45,192 bases of DNA from a virus. Taxonomy: Duplodnaviria; Caudoviricetes. The notes under the pieces are model-generated. The model was not told the DNA's origin. It did not search any database and saw nothing but the letters and a program-made list of their open reading frames with translations. Below are positions 1-9,223 of the stretch, in pieces; position 1 is the stretch's first letter; the number at the start of each line of letters is the position of its first letter. Location: the IMG/VR virus record IMGVR_UViG_3300048577_000141, positions 1-45,192 of that record. One strand, 5' to 3'. The translations under genes and the position numbers were made by a program.

Positions 1-127
1 TTCCTTCCTGTCGCGAATAACGAGGACGACGCACCGAGTCGTCGTTAACGGGTGAAATATGACCCGCATTTCAGTCCCGGCCTTGATACGAAAAAAGCTC
101 GGATGCCCTTTGATCTTCTCGATCTCA
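1..127 (+). repeat. Terminal direct repeat, copy 1 (identical to 45066-45192); probable circular assembly overlap
   Basis: Exact 127-bp match; an ORF reads in frame across the junction. Confidence 0.95.
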
Positions 128-252
128 AGGGTCTCCGAGCCATCTCTGAGCCGCTTCAGTGCGGCAAGAACGTCTTTCTGGCGATCTTTCGTAAGCTTTT
201 TAAGCTCGCGCTCCGCAGCGGGCGCGAGAATTACATCGGTGGCGGGCAACAT
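1..252 (-). CDS. RelE/ParE-family toxin, N-terminal part (continues across the junction to 45065-44961; 118 aa in total)
   Basis: Manual translation MLPATDVILAPAAERELKKLTKDRQKDVLAALKRLRDGSETLEIEKIKGHPSFFRIKAGTEMRVIFHPL...; GGGAGGGG RBS; directly downstream of a Phd-like antitoxin; absent from the ORF track. Confidence 0.85.
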   Translation of the reverse strand, partial: MLPATDVILAPAAERELKKLTKDRQKDVLAALKRLRDGSETLEIEKIKGHPSFFRIKAGTEMRVIFHPLTTTRCVVLVIRDRKE

Positions 253-272
253 GTCCCCTCCCTGGTTGGGAG

Positions 273-533
273 CTAGTCAAGATCTAGCTCCTTCTCGATC
301 TCTTCCATGGTTCTCCCTCCCGATTGACGGAACTCATCAAGCGCTTCCTGGGCATGAACACTATCAACCCAAGCTTCCAATTCGGCCAAACGCTCCAGAA
401 CTGCTAGCGGTACAACTGCCACCTTCCGCCCCTGCCGGTCGATGACTACGGGCTTCCCGTAGAGCGCTTCATTGAAGATATCTGCGAATTTGGTGCGAGC
501 CTCCGATGCTGTGTAAGTGGTCAGCATGGTCAT
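273..533 (-). CDS. Phd/YefM-family antitoxin
   Basis: YTASEARTKFADIFNEALYGKPVVIDRQGRKVAVVP Phd-type N-terminus and acidic C-terminus; start reassigned to ATG 533. Confidence 0.88.
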   Translation of the reverse strand: MTMLTTYTASEARTKFADIFNEALYGKPVVIDRQGRKVAVVPLAVLERLAELEAWVDSVHAQEALDEFRQSGGRTMEEIEKELDLD

Positions 534-555
534 AGCTGATCCTGTCTCTGCCTTG

Positions 556-610
556 TTGTACATTTTGTGCATTGCGTACGTCCTATACAAATTGTACGTT
601 TTGGCGTCAA
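556..610 (-). promoter_or_regulatory. Putative TA promoter (TTGACG-17 bp-TATAGG) overlapped by five TGTACA-like hexamers at 9-bp period
   Basis: TGTACA 557, TGTGCA 566, CGTACG 575, TATACA 584, TGTACG 593 on the + strand. Confidence 0.6.
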
Positions 611-669
611 TAGCGAATAGAACGTGAACTTTCCATGAATGTTGCGGCATCACAGCTATGTGATAACGC

Positions 670-705
670 AAAAAAGCCACCGCGCCCGGACGGGAACGCG
701 ACGGC
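670..705 (-). terminator. Putative intrinsic terminator ending the late/lysis operon
   Basis: About 12-bp stem containing G-U pairs, followed by U6 on the minus strand. Confidence 0.5.
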
Positions 706-769
706 CGTTCTGATGGTGGGGATCAACCGGCATCCGGCCGGCACGGAGACGCGCTCCTGCGCGAATATC

Positions 770-1102
770 CTACGTTCCGTCATCCTCCCGCGGCTTGAAC
801 CGCCGCACGATGATCTCGAACACGATATCGCTGATCCACATGGCGCATGTGCCGATCAGGAACGCCGAGGCGAGCAGCACCGGCTGATCCTCCGCCGGCA
901 ACGGCCAGCCCGTGGCCTTGATGTAGTGTATCGCCGGCACGGTCAGATAGGCTGCCGCCAGCGCGCCGCAGATCGGCGAAGCGAACATCTCCCGTATCTT
1001 GAACCGCTTTCGCGACAGCGCCCGCATGATGCCGCCGAAGCCTCCGGCGACGAACACGGTCGAATCGATGCCGATCGACTGGAGGAATTCATGGAGCGTC
1101 AT
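770..1102 (-). CDS. Holin-like membrane protein
   Basis: Several hydrophobic segments, charged C-terminus, in the lysis cassette. Confidence 0.55.
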   Translation of the reverse strand: MTLHEFLQSIGIDSTVFVAGGFGGIMRALSRKRFKIREMFASPICGALAAAYLTVPAIHYIKATGWPLPAEDQPVLLASAFLIGTCAMWISDIVFEIIVRRFKPREDDGT

Positions 1103-1203
1103 GGGGCCGCCCTTTCTGCACTGCTAGATGAAGACGACGAGCGCCACGCCGATCGCGGCGACGGCGACGGCGTAGACGGAGAAGATCAGGCGCCAGTCGT
1201 CGC

Positions 1204-1473
1204 TCACGGCTTCGCCTCGCCGCAGAACGTCGCTCGCGCGGAGTTGATCGCCCTGACTTCCAGCTGCGTCTGTTCGGTGTCCCGGCCGGACCAGGTCACC
1301 GGCCGCCACGCGCGGGCGCAGAGGTCGGCGATGTTGAAATCGTTCGCCTCAGTCGCGGCGGTTCGGGTCGTAAGGATCGACTGGCACCCTGCCAGCAAGC
1401 ACGTCATCGCGAGCAGCAGCAGCGGCGTCGACGCGCGCCTTGTGAGCGCGCCCAAGTTCGGCAAGCACTTCAT
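1204..1473 (-). CDS. Putative o-spanin (Rz1-like lipoprotein); start uncertain
   Basis: Lipobox LLAGC; overlaps the upstream single-TM gene in another frame. Confidence 0.6.
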   Translation of the reverse strand: MKCLPNLGALTRRASTPLLLLAMTCLLAGCQSILTTRTAATEANDFNIADLCARAWRPVTWSGRDTEQTQLEVRAINSARATFCGEAKP

Positions 1474-1564
1474 CTTCGGCGGCCTTTCTGATGCGGCCGT
1501 CCCGCACCGCCTGCACGATGATCGGCAGGATGGTCAGGACGGCCTTGAGAACGAGCATCCACAT
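1349..1564 (-). CDS. Putative i-spanin (Rz-like)
   Basis: N-terminal TM segment plus Ala-rich helical tail, overlapping the lipoprotein gene. Confidence 0.55.
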   Translation of the reverse strand: MWMLVLKAVLTILPIIVQAVRDGRIRKAAEDEVLAELGRAHKARVDAAAAARDDVLAGRVPVDPYDPNRRD

Positions 1565-1568
1565 GGGA

Positions 1569-1817
1569 TCACTGGACGGGCGGCTGCTGCTTGGTGAGAC
1601 CGCCGAAGCCGTCGCGCACGACGTTGACGATCATCTTCAGCACGCCGAGCCCCGTGATGGCGAGGGCCGCCCAGGTCGGATCGAGGAACGCGATCTTCGA
1701 GCATTCCAGATCGCCGTTCGGCAGCGTCGTGCAGCCCATGGCGGTGAGCACGGCTGTCGCGCCCGCGATCAGGATCATCAGGATGTTCGCGATGTTGTGA
1801 AACAGATTGGAGTTCAT
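1569..1817 (-). CDS. Holin-like small two-TM protein
   Basis: Two hydrophobic helices, immediately after the endolysin. Confidence 0.55.
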   Translation of the reverse strand: MNSNLFHNIANILMILIAGATAVLTAMGCTTLPNGDLECSKIAFLDPTWAALAITGLGVLKMIVNVVRDGFGGLTKQQPPVQ

Positions 1818-1866
1818 GGCACGGTTCCTGTGGAGGGAGGATGCCCGGCGACCGGCCGGGCGCGGT

Positions 1867-2520
1867 TCAGGTGGCGAGCGCCGCCCACGTCTGCGCGCCG
1901 ACCCTGCCGTCCACGACGAGCTTTGCCTTGCGCTGGAAGGCCTTCACCGCGGCCTCGGTGCGGTCGCCGAAATGCGCGTCCACGACGAGCTGCGCGCCGG
2001 CCGCGTTGAGCAGCTTCTGAAGCCGCTCGACATCCGCGCCCTTGTTGCCCTTCACCAGCAGCGGATTGACGGACTTGCTGACCGGCTTCGCAGCCTTGGC
2101 CGGCGCGACGCTGAAGGCCGACAGATCCCACGGCGTCGTGTCGTCGCCGGCCTTGCCCGCCACGACCGACAGATGGACATGGTGATTGTGCGGGTTCTTG
2201 CCGGTGTACGGCCGCCATGCCCATGGCTTTGGCCCGGCCGCGCCGGAGGCGATCTGCCCGAACGAGATCACATATTTGATGCGCGGGTCGCGCGAGGCGA
2301 TCAGGGCCTTCGCCAGCCTGTTGCTGTCGATGCCGTGGCCGACGTCGTGCGTCAGGTCCAGCGCCCGCACGACGCCGCCGCCGTCCGGATTGTGGTCGGA
2401 CGTGCGCGCCGAATGCGCTGCATCGCCGATGGTGCCGTCGCTCGCCTTCGAGCGGTTCGGAGACAGCGCGTTGATCTGCGCGCGCAACGTCTCAAGGCTG
2501 CGTGCAAGCCGCCATGCCAT
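1867..2520 (-). CDS. Endolysin: Zn-peptidase-like N-terminal domain plus C-terminal peptidoglycan-binding domain
   Basis: SDH...ALD...HNHHVHLS motif; GADVERLQKLL...FGDRTEAAVKAFQ...DGRVGAQTW PG_binding_1 pattern. Confidence 0.85.
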   Translation of the reverse strand: MAWRLARSLETLRAQINALSPNRSKASDGTIGDAAHSARTSDHNPDGGGVVRALDLTHDVGHGIDSNRLAKALIASRDPRIKYVISFGQIASGAAGPKPWAWRPYTGKNPHNHHVHLSVVAGKAGDDTTPWDLSAFSVAPAKAAKPVSKSVNPLLVKGNKGADVERLQKLLNAAGAQLVVDAHFGDRTEAAVKAFQRKAKLVVDGRVGAQTWAALAT

Positions 2521-2551
2521 GGTCGTTTCCTTTCGGGTTGTGGATTGCCGG

Positions 2552-3217
2552 TCAGGCCGGCGCGATGCCGATCGTCATGCGACCCTGCGTGCTGGCAGAG
2601 GCAAGGGTTGCCGTGGTCGCTCCGGTCGCGCCCGCCGTGACTTTGTAGCCGGCCGCGATGGCGAAGCCGCCGTCGTCATCGTCCGTCGTGTTGTCGTCGA
2701 GGATTTCGGCGAAGTCGGCCAGATTGGCGTTGGCCCACGAACCGACCGTCGTCGCGTTCGAGAACGCCACTATGGCGAGCACGAGGCAACCGTCCACCGT
2801 CGTCGTAGCGGTCGGGCAGGAGACGGAGGTGGAAGAGCCGGAATTGCTGCCGGTGTTGACGTTGATCGTGGTGTTGGCGTTCCGGATCGCGATGATGACC
2901 GCGATGGTGTGCGAGCCGAACAGGCCGACCGTGACCGCGCTTTCGGACCCGGAATGCACCTTCGAAAACACGCCAAGCCGGGTCGAGGTCGCGAACGTGC
3001 CGTTGCCCTGCGGACTGTTCGACAGCTCGGAATATCCGGACGGCGCGGTCTGGCCGCCGTTTTCCGTGCCGACGATGCAGAGCAGCAGATCGCCGGCCTG
3101 CGCGCCTGCCGGCGGGCTGACGCTGACCGCGTTCCCGCTCCCCTTGGCGACGGTGCCGATGGCGGCAATGAAGGGGCCGGATTTCGGCTTCCAGAACGGC
3201 AGGGCCGTGAGCAGCAT
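2552..3217 (-). CDS. Ser/Thr-rich beta-sandwich virion-associated protein (tail accessory)
   Basis: AGGAGG RBS; start overlaps the glycosyltransferase stop; PPAGAQAGDLLL motif common in phage tail accessory proteins. Confidence 0.55.
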   Translation of the reverse strand: MLLTALPFWKPKSGPFIAAIGTVAKGSGNAVSVSPPAGAQAGDLLLCIVGTENGGQTAPSGYSELSNSPQGNGTFATSTRLGVFSKVHSGSESAVTVGLFGSHTIAVIIAIRNANTTINVNTGSNSGSSTSVSCPTATTTVDGCLVLAIVAFSNATTVGSWANANLADFAEILDDNTTDDDDGGFAIAAGYKVTAGATGATTATLASASTQGRMTIGIAPA

Positions 3218-4284
3218 CACGCTGCCTCCTGATACCAGCCCTTGCCGAACAGCGTGGCGAGGCGGTTGAAATAGCGCTCGTACTGCTCGCCGACCGTCGC
3301 CATGGAAAAGCGGCGGTGCGCGTCGTCGCGGATGCGCTCGTGGTTGAGCGCCGGAGCGCAGTCGAGAGCACTGCAGAACTCTGCGAAGGACCGGCAGCGG
3401 AAGCCGTGGACGCCATGCTCCACCGTCTCGGTGAAGGCGCCCCAGTCCGTGCAGATGACCGGCGTGCCGCAGGCCATGGCCTCGATCGTCACCGTACCGA
3501 ACGGCTCGACATAGATCGTCGGGGCGAACAGGCATCGCGCGCCGGCCATCAGCGTCGCGCGCGTCGCCGCGTCGACCTCGCCGACGAAGCGGCCATAGCC
3601 CTTGCCGCTCCTGCCGCCCGGCCCGGCGAGGATCAGGTCGAGGCCCTTTGCCTGGCACACCTCCTGCGCGATCCGGTATCCCTTGCGATCCGTGATCCGG
3701 CCGACATAGAGGGCATAGTCGCCCCGCTCGCGCGGCAGATCGTAGAGCCCGTCCTCGATCTGGTTCGGAATGACGGCGTCGAACCACTGGCCGTCGGCCG
3801 CGCCGGGATTACCGGCCTGCGCACCGTAGACCATGTGCATCCACGCATAGCTCTCGAAGACGCGATGCTTGGCGAAGGTGCCGGCATAGCCGATGCCGAA
3901 CTCGACGGAGACATGGTTCGGGAAGGCGTCCGCGATCGGCTTGTGCGACCAGCCGCCGATCAGGCAGATGAAGTCGCGAAAGCCGAGCCGTTCCTCCATC
4001 GCGTCGATCACGCGGGCATTGAAGCCGTTCCAGTAGGGATGCGACCAGTCGGCCTCGGTGTAGTGCCTGCCGCCGACCATCTTGCGGCGCTTGTTCTCGG
4101 AAATGCAGGGGATCAGCTCGACGCAGGGCGCGTCTGTCCTTTCGCCGGCATAGAGCAACACCTCGTGGCCACGGTCGGACATCATCCGGCAGAAGCGCCT
4201 GACCTTCTGCGTGAACGCGCAGGAAGGAAAGTCGGCCGTCGCTTGCGTGTGCGGCAGCGATACGACGTGGAGACGCATGATCAC
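3217..4284 (-). CDS. GT-B (GT4-like) glycosyltransferase
   Basis: [10 protein letters not shown] and [18 protein letters not shown] motifs. Confidence 0.9.
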   Translation of the reverse strand: MIMRLHVVSLPHTQATADFPSCAFTQKVRRFCRMMSDRGHEVLLYAGERTDAPCVELIPCISENKRRKMVGGRHYTEADWSHPYWNGFNARVIDAMEERLGFRDFICLIGGWSHKPIADAFPNHVSVEFGIGYAGTFAKHRVFESYAWMHMVYGAQAGNPGAADGQWFDAVIPNQIEDGLYDLPRERGDYALYVGRITDRKGYRIAQEVCQAKGLDLILAGPGGRSGKGYGRFVGEVDAATRATLMAGARCLFAPTIYVEPFGTVTIEAMACGTPVICTDWGAFTETVEHGVHGFRCRSFAEFCSALDCAPALNHERIRDDAHRRFSMATVGEQYERYFNRLATLFGKGWYQEAA

Positions 4285-5468
4285 CCCATTTTCTTGATGA
4301 TTAGCATTGTGCCGTTCGGCCCGACGGAAGCGTGACAGCGGAACTTGTCACCATTGGTCGTGGTGAATGGGTCGCCGTCCGTCTCGGTCCAGTTCGAGAT
4401 GGTAATCGCACCGGCCGAAGCGCCATTTTCTATGTCAAGGATGATCGCCCCAACGACGGCACCAGGATTGAGCGTATGCGCGCCATTATTGACGTAGTGC
4501 TGGATCGGGCGGTCGGCCATGTCAAGCGTCACCGTCCCGGTCGTGATCGTGCCGAGCGACTTCGACGTGACGCTCGCACCGCCCGTAATCGGCCCCTGAT
4601 TTTCGACATTGTCGCGCAACAGGTTCGGACCTGTCGGCCCTGTTGGTCCCGTCGCACCGGCAGGTCCTGTCGGCCCCGTGGGGCCGGTAGCGCCGACCGC
4701 TCCGCCGGATCCCGATGGTCCCGTCGCACCCGCAGGGCCGATGTCGCCCTGCGGGCCGGTCGGACCAGTCGGACCTGTCGGTCCTACCGGGCCGGTTGCG
4801 CCAATTGCACCAACGTCGCCTTCTGGACCCGTTGGGCCGGTAGGTCCAGTCGCGCCAGCGGGACCCGTGCCGCCCGTAGGTCCGGTCGGCCCCGTGGGGC
4901 CGGCAACGCCTGCGATACCACCGGCATCCGTCCATGACGAACCGTTCCACACATAGAGATGGTCGTCGGCCTCGACGAGATAGGTTGCGCCGACCCCCTC
5001 GCCCGGAGGCGAAGGCAGCGCGCCCGTGGTAGCAACGACGGCGTCGATCTGGAGGCCTTCCCCCTGTGGACCCGTGGGGCCGGTAGGGCCGGTCGGACCT
5101 GCGGGACCCGTGACGCCGGTAGCGCCGGGAGCGCCTGTGCCGCCGGTCGGCCCTGTTGGCCCCGTCGGCCCCGTCGGCCCTTCTGGTCCAGTCGCACCGG
5201 CAGGACCTGTCGCTCCCGTCGGCCCTGCCGGCCCCGTCGGCCCTTCCGGTCCAGTCGATCCGGTCGGTCCCGTCGGTCCCGTCGGACCCGGCAAGCCGCC
5301 CGTCTGGCCGAACCAACTCGCCACCGTTACCCAGTCCTCGTTCATCAACGGCACGTTGACGAGGTTGCCGTAATTGGCGAGGCCGTACGGATTGCCGCCG
5401 GAAACCGGGTTCGAATTGTAGAGTAGCAGGCGGTCGAGCGCTTCCTGGACTTCGGCGGGGATCGACAT
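4281..5468 (-). CDS. Collagen-like fibre protein with two GXT-rich blocks
   Basis: Long Gly-X-Y runs dominated by GPT/GAT, interrupted by a [13 protein letters not shown] linker. Confidence 0.85.
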   Translation of the reverse strand: MSIPAEVQEALDRLLLYNSNPVSGGNPYGLANYGNLVNVPLMNEDWVTVASWFGQTGGLPGPTGPTGPTGSTGPEGPTGPAGPTGATGPAGATGPEGPTGPTGPTGPTGGTGAPGATGVTGPAGPTGPTGPTGPQGEGLQIDAVVATTGALPSPPGEGVGATYLVEADDHLYVWNGSSWTDAGGIAGVAGPTGPTGPTGGTGPAGATGPTGPTGPEGDVGAIGATGPVGPTGPTGPTGPQGDIGPAGATGPSGSGGAVGATGPTGPTGPAGATGPTGPTGPNLLRDNVENQGPITGGASVTSKSLGTITTGTVTLDMADRPIQHYVNNGAHTLNPGAVVGAIILDIENGASAGAITISNWTETDGDPFTTTNGDKFRCHASVGPNGTMLIIKKMG

Positions 5469-6301
5469 CAGATGACTTCCTCAAGTTCGAATGCCGTCGA
5501 GCCGTATCCGAAGACGGCTTGAGACAGCGGGTCCATGGTGTTCGCGGTGGAGAGGAAAGAGCGCTTCTGGATATTCAGTCCGTCGCCCGGATCGGCGATG
5601 ACGAAGACCTCGCCGTCATAGCCGGCGATGCGCTGGAATTCGTAGCCCTTGTCAAAAAGTTCAGCCTCGGGGATGTAGTCGAAGCCGAAGCGGAAGACGC
5701 GCGGATTGGTTCGCCGCCAGAAATGCTTGTTGCCGGCGAGCGTCGTCGACTTCAGGCTCGCATCCTTGAATGACAGGCCGTTGTTGCTGAAGCCGTAGTT
5801 GATGGATGGCTGCCAGAACCGGCTCATGAACAGCCGGCCGAAGCGCAGGAAATTGGCCGGATTTGCCTGATCGTCGATCTCGATCTGCCAGTACATCGAC
5901 GTCACCGGGACGTCGAAGACGTGGATCAGCCACATGCCGCGCTCGGCATCCTCCCACGACGGAATGCCGGTCCAGTAGTTCGGGTCTTCCCACGTCAGCG
6001 TGTTCCATTCGGCCCGCGTCGCGCCGAGCACCCAGCCGGTATCCGTCGTCTCGGAATTGATGCGGTAGCTGTAGCCGGGCGAGATGTTGCCCGGTCCGAG
6101 CGCAATGGACTTCAGCGTCGCCGGGCCGGCCAGCTGGACGTTGATGATCGTGTTGGACGGCTGCACGTCCACCGACTGCGCGACGCGTCTCAGCGCCCGT
6201 TTCTGTAGGTTTGACAGCGGGTTTGTGGGCAACCAGCCGCCGCCGGAGAGCACGCCGGCATCGGCATGGTTGCCGTAGAGCAGGATGATGTTGTCGGACA
6301 T
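5468..6301 (-). CDS. Tail-associated protein
   Basis: Position in tail module, coupled to neighbours, aromatic-rich beta-type sequence. Confidence 0.55.
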   Translation of the reverse strand: MSDNIILLYGNHADAGVLSGGGWLPTNPLSNLQKRALRRVAQSVDVQPSNTIINVQLAGPATLKSIALGPGNISPGYSYRINSETTDTGWVLGATRAEWNTLTWEDPNYWTGIPSWEDAERGMWLIHVFDVPVTSMYWQIEIDDQANPANFLRFGRLFMSRFWQPSINYGFSNNGLSFKDASLKSTTLAGNKHFWRRTNPRVFRFGFDYIPEAELFDKGYEFQRIAGYDGEVFVIADPGDGLNIQKRSFLSTANTMDPLSQAVFGYGSTAFELEEVI

Positions 6302-6304
6302 GCC

Positions 6305-7663
6305 TCAACCGCAGAGATAGATGCAGGCGACGCGCTTCCATTCGGAAGCGGACGAAAAGGTCACGGGCTCGCGCACGCGGGCGACGATGCTGGAGAGCGC
6401 GGCGAGCGTTAGGGGCGTATCCGGATCGAGGCGCATCCCCTTGCCCGGCATGCCCGACACGCAGATGAAATCGCCCGGCTCCAGATTGCCGGCCTCGCCG
6501 CAGACATTGATCTGCCCCTCCCCAAGGGCGTTGATGACCGCGTAGTCATGGCTGGCGGCCAGATGCTTCAGCGGAGGCGGCAGGTTCAGATCCTCGACGG
6601 ACCAGTCGCTGACGCGCCGCGAGACGACGCCGATCGCGTTCAGCTGCCCCGCCCGGCGCGAACGCTCGACCTCCGTCACGGTGTTGTCGATATCGATGCG
6701 CGCCAGCACGCGCCGGTCGATCACGATGTCGCCGATCTCGGTGACGTCATCCTTCGCGATCATGCCGGGGTGAGCGCCGGTGAACGGGCCGATGCCGCCC
6801 CGGTTCATGTAGAGGCAGTATCCGCCGCCCGCCTGGCTGACGCCGAGCACACCCGCGCCGCCCTGATTGCTGGTCGGGCCGATGTCGAACCAGATGCCGT
6901 GCGCGTCGGCGCCGACGCCGTCATGCGTGATCCGGAACGCGCCCTTGTTGCCGTTGCCGCGCGACCAGAGCTGGCCCATGGTGACGAGCGCCGGCCCGGT
7001 TCCGGTGTTCTGGAAGGCGACGGCCGCGTTCACCGATTCGATGATCACGCTGAGCAGCGTCGTCGTCCAGCCGGGGACGAGCGTGAACTCGCCGAGCGAT
7101 GCGACCGTCTGGCCTGCTCCGTTCCTGACGCGGATAAAGTTGTCCAGCGCGGTCATTTCGATGCGCCGGCCGCTGTTTGCCGTGCGGATCGTATTGCCCG
7201 TGATGGTGCTGCTCTCGACGGTGACGGCCTGCAACAAGCCGGCGATGATCGTGCCGAGATTGGCCGACAGGGCCGAAAGCGTCGCGAAGTTCGACGCCGT
7301 CTGCTCCGGCCCGACGCTCCCGGCTGGCGGGACCTGATTGCTCGTGGTGGCGGCGATGCCTGCGGTCGCCGAGACGGGCCAGAAGTCGCCAAGGTTGTCC
7401 GAGGCGTCGCGGGCGCGATACCAGGACCAGCGCGTCACATTGCGGCCAAGGCCGGTCTGGACGAACTGTCCGCCCGGGGTGATCTCGCCGACCTTGCTGG
7501 CGGCGGCGCGGTTGTTCGACGCGGCCGACCAGACCTCGATTCCGATCAGCGCCAGATAGGTGAGGCAGCCGCCGCCGGCAAAATCGGTCGTCGCCTTGTG
7601 GACGATCTGCTGCACGCCGCCGACCGCCGTCGCCGACGTCACCAGAATGTTGGTATCGGCCAT
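6305..7663 (-). CDS. Tail fibre/spike with probable C-terminal autocleaving chaperone domain
   Basis: FTGAH...GDIV...ALGEGQINVCGE...GDFICVSGMPGKGM pattern typical of tail-spike C-terminal chaperones. Confidence 0.65.
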   Translation of the reverse strand: MADTNILVTSATAVGGVQQIVHKATTDFAGGGCLTYLALIGIEVWSAASNNRAAASKVGEITPGGQFVQTGLGRNVTRWSWYRARDASDNLGDFWPVSATAGIAATTSNQVPPAGSVGPEQTASNFATLSALSANLGTIIAGLLQAVTVESSTITGNTIRTANSGRRIEMTALDNFIRVRNGAGQTVASLGEFTLVPGWTTTLLSVIIESVNAAVAFQNTGTGPALVTMGQLWSRGNGNKGAFRITHDGVGADAHGIWFDIGPTSNQGGAGVLGVSQAGGGYCLYMNRGGIGPFTGAHPGMIAKDDVTEIGDIVIDRRVLARIDIDNTVTEVERSRRAGQLNAIGVVSRRVSDWSVEDLNLPPPLKHLAASHDYAVINALGEGQINVCGEAGNLEPGDFICVSGMPGKGMRLDPDTPLTLAALSSIVARVREPVTFSSASEWKRVACIYLCG

Positions 7664-7666
7664 GGA

Positions 7667-9223
7667 TCAGCCCCAGGCCACCACGTTGACGCTCTCGTCG
7701 GCGAGGTTGAGCGTGCGGCCGATCACGACCATCGCCTTGCCATCGCCATAGCCGAGGCGGCCGTTCTCGATGCGGATCGTCGCCGTCGAGCCGATCGCCG
7801 GGGCCTCGTCCACCGGCACGTTGAAGACCGGCACGTCGCGCTCGGCGCTGTAGAGCGCGAAACGCCGCGTCGCTTCGGCCTGCGCGTGCGCCGCGACGTT
7901 CAGCAGGGTCTCGATGGCGAGTTCCGGCGCCAGCGCATGGCGCGCCTTCACGGCCGCGTCCTCGACCTTGATCTCGCGGGTTTCCTTGGCGAGGAAGGTC
8001 CGGAAGTCGGCATCGACGCAGCCGGCGACGCCGGAATCGTCCATCGTCTGGTAAATCCGGCGCCAGGTCAGCGTGAGACGCCAGCACGGCAGGCCCTTGT
8101 CGGTGTCCGGGTTGCGGCTGAAGCCGAGCACGCCGCCGTCCTGTTCGATCTCGTATTCCGTCAGTTCATCCGTTGGTGTGCCGGGAGCCTCCATGCGGTA
8201 GACGGTGAACTGGTTGAGCTGGTTCGGGATCACGGCCGCGCCGACCGACGACAGAATGGCGCTGATCGCCGACAGGCCGGTGCGGTCGTCCATGATCCAG
8301 ATGCCGCAATCGTAGGGCGCTGCCGCGTCGAGCGCGTTGAAGGCGCTGGTCACGACGTCGCCGTTCGCGATCCCCATGCGCGACATGATCGCGCGCGCCA
8401 CTGCGCCGGGGCAGATATTGGCATAGTCGGCCGGGGCCGTGACGTCTGCCGTGACCACGAATTCCGGCTCTCCGCCGAGACGGAAAAGCCCGAGCGCCAT
8501 GCAGGTCGCATATTTGCCCGGCCGGAGGCTCGCGGCCTGCAATGTCGGAAGGTCGGGATAGTTCGCCGCGAAGGTGAGCGGCACGCCCCCGTCATAGACC
8601 TGAATGGCGCTGATCAGCCCGTCATGCACCTGATAGATCAGGTCGAACGGGTTCACGCAGGGAGCCGGGACGTTGTAGCAGCGGCCGAACAGCAGCGGCT
8701 TCGGCGTGTCCTTCAGGTCTTCGTTGCCTTCCGCCGTAGGCCCGCCGGAAAGCGTCGTGCCGGCATAGCGCACCGTCTGCACGGGCCGGTCGAGATCGAG
8801 GCGGCGGTCGTAGATGCGCAGCGCCAGATACGTCCATGCCTGCGAACTGTCGACGCCTTCGACCGTGCCGACGAGAACGACCGTGGCGGACGAATACGGC
8901 GCCCGATCATTGATGAGGCGAAGCAGCCGGAAGGGCCTGCCGTCAAAGGAATGGCCGAGCAGATGGTCGAGCCCGCCGTCGGCGTTCGACAGGCGGATGT
9001 CGCCGTAGGAAATCGACGCCTCCCCCATGGTCCGGCCGGACGAGAAAAGCGCCTGCTCGAACTTGCCGGGATCGTTGATGCGATCCTCGTAATAGGCGTT
9101 CGAAGGCGTGTCCGTCGGCAGCGTGTTGTAGCCGCCGGTCGAATAGCGCAGCGTGACGGGATTGTTGCTCCCGTCGAGCGCGCTGATCTCCAGCAGGTAG
9201 GTCGGAGCGTCAGCCATGCTCAA
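7667..9223 (-). CDS. Tail tip/baseplate hub protein
   Basis: Follows the tape measure gene; PKPLLFGRCYNVPA...VYDGG motif of alphaproteobacterial siphovirus tail proteins. Confidence 0.7.
   Translation of the reverse strand: MSMADAPTYLLEISALDGSNNPVTLRYSTGGYNTLPTDTPSNAYYEDRINDPGKFEQALFSSGRTMGEASISYGDIRLSNADGGLDHLLGHSFDGRPFRLLRLINDRAPYSSATVVLVGTVEGVDSSQAWTYLALRIYDRRLDLDRPVQTVRYAGTTLSGGPTAEGNEDLKDTPKPLLFGRCYNVPAPCVNPFDLIYQVHDGLISAIQVYDGGVPLTFAANYPDLPTLQAASLRPGKYATCMALGLFRLGGEPEFVVTADVTAPADYANICPGAVARAIMSRMGIANGDVVTSAFNALDAAAPYDCGIWIMDDRTGLSAISAILSSVGAAVIPNQLNQFTVYRMEAPGTPTDELTEYEIEQDGGVLGFSRNPDTDKGLPCWRLTLTWRRIYQTMDDSGVAGCVDADFRTFLAKETREIKVEDAAVKARHALAPELAIETLLNVAAHAQAEATRRFALYSAERDVPVFNVPVDEAPAIGSTATIRIENGRLGYGDGKAMVVIGRTLNLADESVNVVAWG

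Noticed and set aside
534-680. N-terminal extension of the antitoxin given in the ORF track
   Set aside because: Overlaps the promoter/operator array; the Phd domain begins at MTMLTTY
4609-5373. Plus-strand GPV-repeat ORFs and tandem 9-bp repeats as a separate gene or CRISPR-like array
   Set aside because: Antisense reading of the collagen codons; no repeat-spacer structure or cas genes
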